NCBI GenBank assembly: GCA_965212055.1
Contig: OZ243041.1
Location: 448,001-512,000, forward strand
Reading direction: 5' to 3'
From: Fidelibacterota bacterium
Lineage (GTDB): Bacteria > Fidelibacterota > Marinisomatia > Marinisomatales > Marinisomataceae
DNA: 64,000 nucleotides
Position numbers and translations under genes: made by a program
In this document: positions 58,908 to 64,000 of the stretch, piece by piece
How positions within the stretch are numbered: position 1 is the first letter of the stretch
Layout: each line of letters opens with the position of its first letter
The notes under the pieces: model-generated
The model's database searches: none
Told to the model about the DNA's origin: nothing
What the model saw: the letters and a program-made list of their open reading frames with translations, nothing else

Positions 58908-61112
58908 GTGCATAACAAGCTCATATATATCTTATTTCTCGGATTTTTATACTCTCAAAGTTTTTTAGACTTAACTCCGCGTCCATCATATAATATCAAT
59001 AAAATTGATACCCCAATTACGCTTGATGGTCAACTGGATGAAGAAAGCTGGGGGTTAGCTCAGATTGCCACAGGGTTTACTGATACTAGAGCTTTTGAAG
59101 GCGATCCCGCTGCATTTAAAACAGAAGTAAAGTTATTATATGATGATACAAATCTCTATGTAGGATTTATTGCATATACGCCTCCAGAAAAGATTAGAAC
59201 TTCACTCTCAAAAAGAGATCATCTCAATGACGATGATAATTGGGTTGGAGTTGACATAGATCTATTTGATGATGAAGCTCTTATCTATGCATTTGGATCA
59301 AATCCATCTGGTACACAGATAGATGGGCGTGGTGGATATCGTCTTGATAGATCTTTAGATTTAATTTTTGATGTCAAAACAAGCATTACAGACTATGGTT
59401 ATATTGTAGAGTTTGCTATTCCGTTTTCAAGCTTAAGATATTCAGTTGGAAAAAATCAAAATTGGAGGATTAATTTCCTTCGTAGTTACACGACAGATGA
59501 CGAAATAGAACATAAAGTTGTTTGGGCATCAAATATTCAAGGAATTGAATGTCATACCTGTCAGATGGCTTTTTTAAAAGGTCTTGAACCTCCAAAACAA
59601 GAAGCTGGAAATATTGAATATATTCCTTCATTAGTTGCTGGATATTCTGAAGATTTTAACAATGATTCAAGTAGCAACAATACTGAACCATCCTTATTTG
59701 TTAAATATCCTGTTTCTTCTGTGGATTTACTTGAGATTGCAATCAATCCAGATTTTAGTCAAATCGAATCAGATGATATTAAAAATGATATCAATACAGT
59801 AAATGCATTGTATTTCAGAGAAAGAAGACCCTTTTTTAGTGAAGGAGCTGAATTATTTAAATTTGACCCAAATCGCGGATTTATTAATTTATTCTATTCA
59901 AGAACCATTAATGATCCATCTGTAGCAGTAAAATACACAGGAAAAGTTGGAAAAACATCGTATGGGGTAATTAGTGCTATAGATGAATCGTCTCCATTAC
60001 TTTTACCTTTTGAAGAATCAAGCACTATTGTACAAATGGGTGAAAGCACATCCAATATTGTACGTGTAAAACGTATGTTAAAAAATGCAAGCTCCATTGG
60101 GGCAATTATTACTAATCGTACCTTTGATGAAGGTGGGGATATGACTACAGGAGGGATAGATTTTCATTATCATCCTGGAAAGAATTTACATTTAACTCTT
60201 CATGCTACTGCATCAATTCATAATGAACCTGATTCTCTATCAACAATATTTGATGATAATCCTTACACATTTGATAACCATACTGCCAAATTTGACGGAG
60301 AAGAGATTACAGGAAATGCATTAGGGTTTAGTTTATCAAAAATGGATAGAACTGATACTACAGGTTTAACCATACGTCTTCGTTCTCCAGGATTTCGAAC
60401 CAGTAATGGATTTGAGAAAAATAATTCCACAAAGTGGATAAAGCTGTCTAAAGGAAAAGGTATTTTCTATGATAACCATCCACGATTGTTGGCATCAGGA
60501 CATAGAGTTAGTATGGTTCATAAAACAAATTATGATGGCGATATTAAAAAACAAGAATTTGAATTCAACAATGAGTTTAATTTTTTAAATGGATATGTGT
60601 TACAAATTGGGACTGAGATTGAGAATGAACTCTTTCGTGGAGTGCAATTTGATAATATGTTTGATATGAATATTAGTGTTACTGGTAAACTAAATGCCAA
60701 GACAAAAATTCATGGAGGAATTGCTGGTGGTGAGACAATTATCCGATATTTAGATACTCCAGAACAAACCGATTCCTATGGAATTTGGAGCTATGTTGAA
60801 TATAAAATTTCAGATCAAGCGAGTACCGGTACTGGAATACAATATGAGGATGCAAAAAATTATTATGATGGTTTTCTACTTAATTCATGGTATACACATT
60901 CTTTCACATCGAAACTGTCTTTAAGAACCAAGATACAGTATAGCGATTTTTCTCATAATTGGTTTATTGAACCAATGTTGACCTATCAACCAAATGCATT
61001 CTCCGCATTATACTTTGGAATTAATGAACTTCTTTCTACAGAAGATGATATGTTCTCAAATTTAACTGAGTCAGAACGTCAATTATTTGTTAAGTTTCAA
61101 TACTTGCTTTAA
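58908..61112 (+). CDS. CBM9-like/DUF5916 outer-membrane protein
   Basis: LDGQLDEESW, YDDTNLY, EFAIPFSSLRY, NPDFSQIESD, E.RPFF.EG, KFQYL. Confidence 0.82.
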   Translation: MHNKLIYILFLGFLYSQSFLDLTPRPSYNINKIDTPITLDGQLDEESWGLAQIATGFTDTRAFEGDPAAFKTEVKLLYDDTNLYVGFIAYTPPEKIRTSLSKRDHLNDDDNWVGVDIDLFDDEALIYAFGSNPSGTQIDGRGGYRLDRSLDLIFDVKTSITDYGYIVEFAIPFSSLRYSVGKNQNWRINFLRSYTTDDEIEHKVVWASNIQGIECHTCQMAFLKGLEPPKQEAGNIEYIPSLVAGYSEDFNNDSSSNNTEPSLFVKYPVSSVDLLEIAINPDFSQIESDDIKNDINTVNALYFRERRPFFSEGAELFKFDPNRGFINLFYSRTINDPSVAVKYTGKVGKTSYGVISAIDESSPLLLPFEESSTIVQMGESTSNIVRVKRMLKNASSIGAIITNRTFDEGGDMTTGGIDFHYHPGKNLHLTLHATASIHNEPDSLSTIFDDNPYTFDNHTAKFDGEEITGNALGFSLSKMDRTDTTGLTIRLRSPGFRTSNGFEKNNSTKWIKLSKGKGIFYDNHPRLLASGHRVSMVHKTNYDGDIKKQEFEFNNEFNFLNGYVLQIGTEIENELFRGVQFDNMFDMNISVTGKLNAKTKIHGGIAGGETIIRYLDTPEQTDSYGIWSYVEYKISDQASTGTGIQYEDAKNYYDGFLLNSWYTHSFTSKLSLRTKIQYSDFSHNWFIEPMLTYQPNAFSALYFGINELLSTEDDMFSNLTESERQLFVKFQYLL

Positions 61113-61115
61113 TTG

Positions 61116-61568
61116 ATGAAAAAAATATTAATACTATCCCTTCTATTAACATTCTATGGATGTGCTATTTCTATCGGCAATAAGGTTGCAGATGTTTCAG
61201 ATGATAATAATGTAGTCACAAATGGAAATAGTGTATATCATTCGAATGGGAATTCTATGATTGCATTTAATAAGATTTCCCCCAAGAAACGTGGCGCATT
61301 TGAAATGTTGAACAAAACCATTATTATGCCAGCAATTGAACGTGCAAATCTACCTGTATATAATAGCTTAACTTTCTTAGCACCAGACGAGCAAAATGAA
61401 GATGGAACATATACTTTTCTTTATGTCGCAAGTCCTTATTTGGAAAATGAAGATTACGATATTTTATCTATGTTGATTGCAGTGCATGGCAGGCCAAGAG
61501 CAGAGGAATATTTTCAACTATGGCTAGATTGTTTTGCTGAAGAACAAAAAACATTATTGTTTAAATGA
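61116..61568 (+). CDS. Hypothetical lipoprotein
   Basis: MKKILILSLLLTFYGC signal/lipobox. Confidence 0.7.
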   Translation: MKKILILSLLLTFYGCAISIGNKVADVSDDNNVVTNGNSVYHSNGNSMIAFNKISPKKRGAFEMLNKTIIMPAIERANLPVYNSLTFLAPDEQNEDGTYTFLYVASPYLENEDYDILSMLIAVHGRPRAEEYFQLWLDCFAEEQKTLLFK

Positions 61569-61612
61569 TAAAATCGTGTCTTTTTGATTCGTTCTGTATT
61601 AAATTTTTTCAA

Positions 61613-62281
61613 ATGCAAATCCAAAAGAATTTTTTTATTACACTTCTCAGTTGTTCGTTTGTTTTTGCTCAAACCTTACAAGTCAATGATGCGACCCTTT
61701 CTTCAGGAGATTACAATACTGGAACTACGCTCGGTATAACTGACTCGGATGTTTTGATTTATTCCAATGCGCTTGTGCACAATTTATATGTGTGGGGAAT
61801 TCCTTGGTATACAGACACAAAAACTTTTCCAGCCCAAATCACACTACCGATTGATAATAGAGCTTATATAATAAGTTTATATAAGAAATCAATATATCAA
61901 TCCGTTTCTGCAGAGTTACAAACTTTTGATTTCGACAATAGGCCAGTGGAAGAATTTGAGGCGTTACAAGATGAGCTTCAGCGTATGAAAATTGGTACAA
62001 AATTGGTTAGACCAATACCTGGAAAATCAGAGTCTGTATTTCTTGTATATTGTCCAGAAGAAGATATATCATGTGAGGAAGGACTACACTGGCGAGATGG
62101 TTTTTCAGCAAAATTTTATGATCAACAACAAGAAGTATATATGCATTCACAATTAAATAAACCTAGTGAATACCTTAGTGAAGAAGAGGAACAGTTAATT
62201 AAAAGACATCGTGGAGGTGTTGGGATGTTAGTTGGTTTTTTCTCAATGGGTATATGGTTACTTGATAGGTCCTTACAGTGA
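61613..62281 (+). CDS. Hypothetical exported protein with C-terminal hydrophobic anchor (start 61613 or 61565)
   Basis: Signal-like FFITLLSCSFVFA; C-terminal GVGMLVGFFSMGIWLL. Confidence 0.6.
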   Translation: MQIQKNFFITLLSCSFVFAQTLQVNDATLSSGDYNTGTTLGITDSDVLIYSNALVHNLYVWGIPWYTDTKTFPAQITLPIDNRAYIISLYKKSIYQSVSAELQTFDFDNRPVEEFEALQDELQRMKIGTKLVRPIPGKSESVFLVYCPEEDISCEEGLHWRDGFSAKFYDQQQEVYMHSQLNKPSEYLSEEEEQLIKRHRGGVGMLVGFFSMGIWLLDRSLQ

Positions 62282-64000
62282 AAAATATTTCCATTAATAT
62301 TATTGGCGCTTCTACTGGATCTTATCCAGCTGGGATTACTCCTTTAGAAATTTCAGAATCTGTAAAGGAAATACCAAAAAATGTTGTGATCTGTAAGGTT
62401 GATGATGTGTTAACTGATTTAAATGAACCTTTGGCTAAAGATGCAACCATCCAATTTTTAGACGCAAAAAGCAAAGATGGTCATAGTGTTCTGTTGCATA
62501 GTACTGCACATTTAATGGCACAAGCAGTAAAAAGACTTTTTCCTAAGACTAAAGTAACAATTGGTCCATATCTGGATAACAAATTTTACTATGATTTTGA
62601 TGTTGAAACTCCTTTTTCTGAAGAAGATTTAAGCAGTATTGAAAAAGAGATGCATAAGATATCTAAAGAGAATCTTGAGATTACACATGAGGTAAAATCA
62701 AGAAAAGATGCAGTAAGCCTCTTTAAAAAGATGAAAGAGTCTTATAAAGTTGAGATTATTAATGATTTAGAAAAGAGCGAAGTATTAAAAGTTTATTCAC
62801 AAGGAGAGTTTACTGATCTTTGTAGAGGACCACATGTTCCTTCAACTGGTACCATCAAACATTTTAAATTACTTTCTTCTTCAGCTGCTTACTGGAGAGG
62901 AGATGAAAACAATCAGACATTGCAACGGGTTTATGGAACATCTTTTCCTAGTGAGAAAGATTTAAAAAAATATCTAACAATGTTGGAAGAACAAAAGAAA
63001 CGTGATCATCGTAAGATTGGAAAAGAACTTGATTTATATTTCCATGATGATGAAGTAGGCCCTGGACTACCGCTATGGACTCCGAATGGTGCAGTTATTA
63101 TTGATGAATTAGAGGCATTAGCAAAAGAGAAAGAAGATGCTAGTGGATATAAACGCGTCCGTACACCGCATCTAACAAAAGGAGCCTTATATGAAAAATC
63201 TGGTCATCTGGAACACTATACTACAAGTATGTATCCTGCAATGGATGTAGATGGCCTAGACTATTATATAAAACCAATGAATTGTCCTCATCATCACAAG
63301 ATTTATGCTAATAGGCCAAAGAGTTACCGAGATCTACCTTATCGTCTATCAGAATACGGAACATGTTATCGTTATGAGAAATCAGGTGAACTTTTTGGAT
63401 TAATGCGTGTAAGAAGTATGCAGATGAATGATGCACATATCTATTGTACAGAGGATCAATTCAAAGAAGAGTTTATTGGGGTATGTAAACTATATATGGA
63501 ATATTTTAAAATTTTTGGTATTGAGAAATATGAAATGCGACTTGGTCTTCATGATCCAAAAGGGTTAGGTAAAAAATATATTAATAATCCTAAGCTATGG
63601 AAAAAAACAGAAGAAGATGTTAGAAATGCGCTAAAGGATGCTGGATTAAAATTTGTTGAATCAGTTGGAGATGCAGCATTTTATGGTCCAAAAATTGATG
63701 TGCAAGTATGGAGTGCAATTGGAAAAGAATTTAGCCTTGCAACTAACCAAGTTGATTTTGCAGTTCCTGAACGTTTTAATTTGACTTATACTGACAGTGA
63801 TGGTTCATCTAAAACACCATTATGTATTCATAGAGCTCCACTTGGAACACATGAACGTTTTATCGGATTTTTAATTGAGCATTTTGGTGGAGACTTTCCA
63901 TTATGGTTGGCACCTAAACAAGTATCCATTTTACCCGTTTCTGATAAATACAATGCTTATGCTGATCAAGTGTGTAGTGAATTAAAAAAACAGGGAGTAA
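62278..64000 (+). CDS. thrS: Threonine--tRNA ligase (3'-partial; absent from ORF track)
   Basis: Hand translation: HSTAHLMAQAV, DLCRGPHVP, RDHRKIG, KPMNCPHH, IHRAPLGTHERF, PLWLAPKQV. Confidence 0.98.
   Translation, partial: MKNISINIIGASTGSYPAGITPLEISESVKEIPKNVVICKVDDVLTDLNEPLAKDATIQFLDAKSKDGHSVLLHSTAHLMAQAVKRLFPKTKVTIGPYLDNKFYYDFDVETPFSEEDLSSIEKEMHKISKENLEITHEVKSRKDAVSLFKKMKESYKVEIINDLEKSEVLKVYSQGEFTDLCRGPHVPSTGTIKHFKLLSSSAAYWRGDENNQTLQRVYGTSFPSEKDLKKYLTMLEEQKKRDHRKIGKELDLYFHDDEVGPGLPLWTPNGAVIIDELEALAKEKEDASGYKRVRTPHLTKGALYEKSGHLEHYTTSMYPAMDVDGLDYYIKPMNCPHHHKIYANRPKSYRDLPYRLSEYGTCYRYEKSGELFGLMRVRSMQMNDAHIYCTEDQFKEEFIGVCKLYMEYFKIFGIEKYEMRLGLHDPKGLGKKYINNPKLWKKTEEDVRNALKDAGLKFVESVGDAAFYGPKIDVQVWSAIGKEFSLATNQVDFAVPERFNLTYTDSDGSSKTPLCIHRAPLGTHERFIGFLIEHFGGDFPLWLAPKQVSILPVSDKYNAYADQVCSELKKQGV

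Overview
An AT-rich bacterial chromosome segment, almost all on the + strand. The gene content suggests the FCB group, possibly marine Marinimicrobia/SAR406; this is inference only. Bases 1-16.2 kb hold fusA (5'-partial) running directly into the S10-spc-alpha ribosomal super-operon. It has no tuf and no adk, and it includes an rpmJ missed by the ORF track. Next come msrC-like GAF and sulfotransferase genes, gdhA-pgk-tpiA-secG, TPR-HAD-acpS-murA, trkAH, uvrC, a cystathionine beta-synthase-like enzyme, hsp20 and tldD/E. Further on are a DUF4295/bL38-like gene with an acidic repeat tail, gltX, a TlpA/DUF6029-like/Omp28-like thiol-redox trio, tRNA-Arg(ACG)-tadA and a steroid 5-alpha-reductase-like gene. 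The end holds envelope proteins, a TonB-dependent receptor with two Fur-like boxes, and thrS (3'-partial). There are seven tRNA genes, none with an encoded CCA. Several single-base frameshifts in homopolymers suggest an imperfectly polished assembly. No integrase, transposase, rRNA or CRISPR array was seen. All family assignments come from motif recognition by eye, not from database searches.
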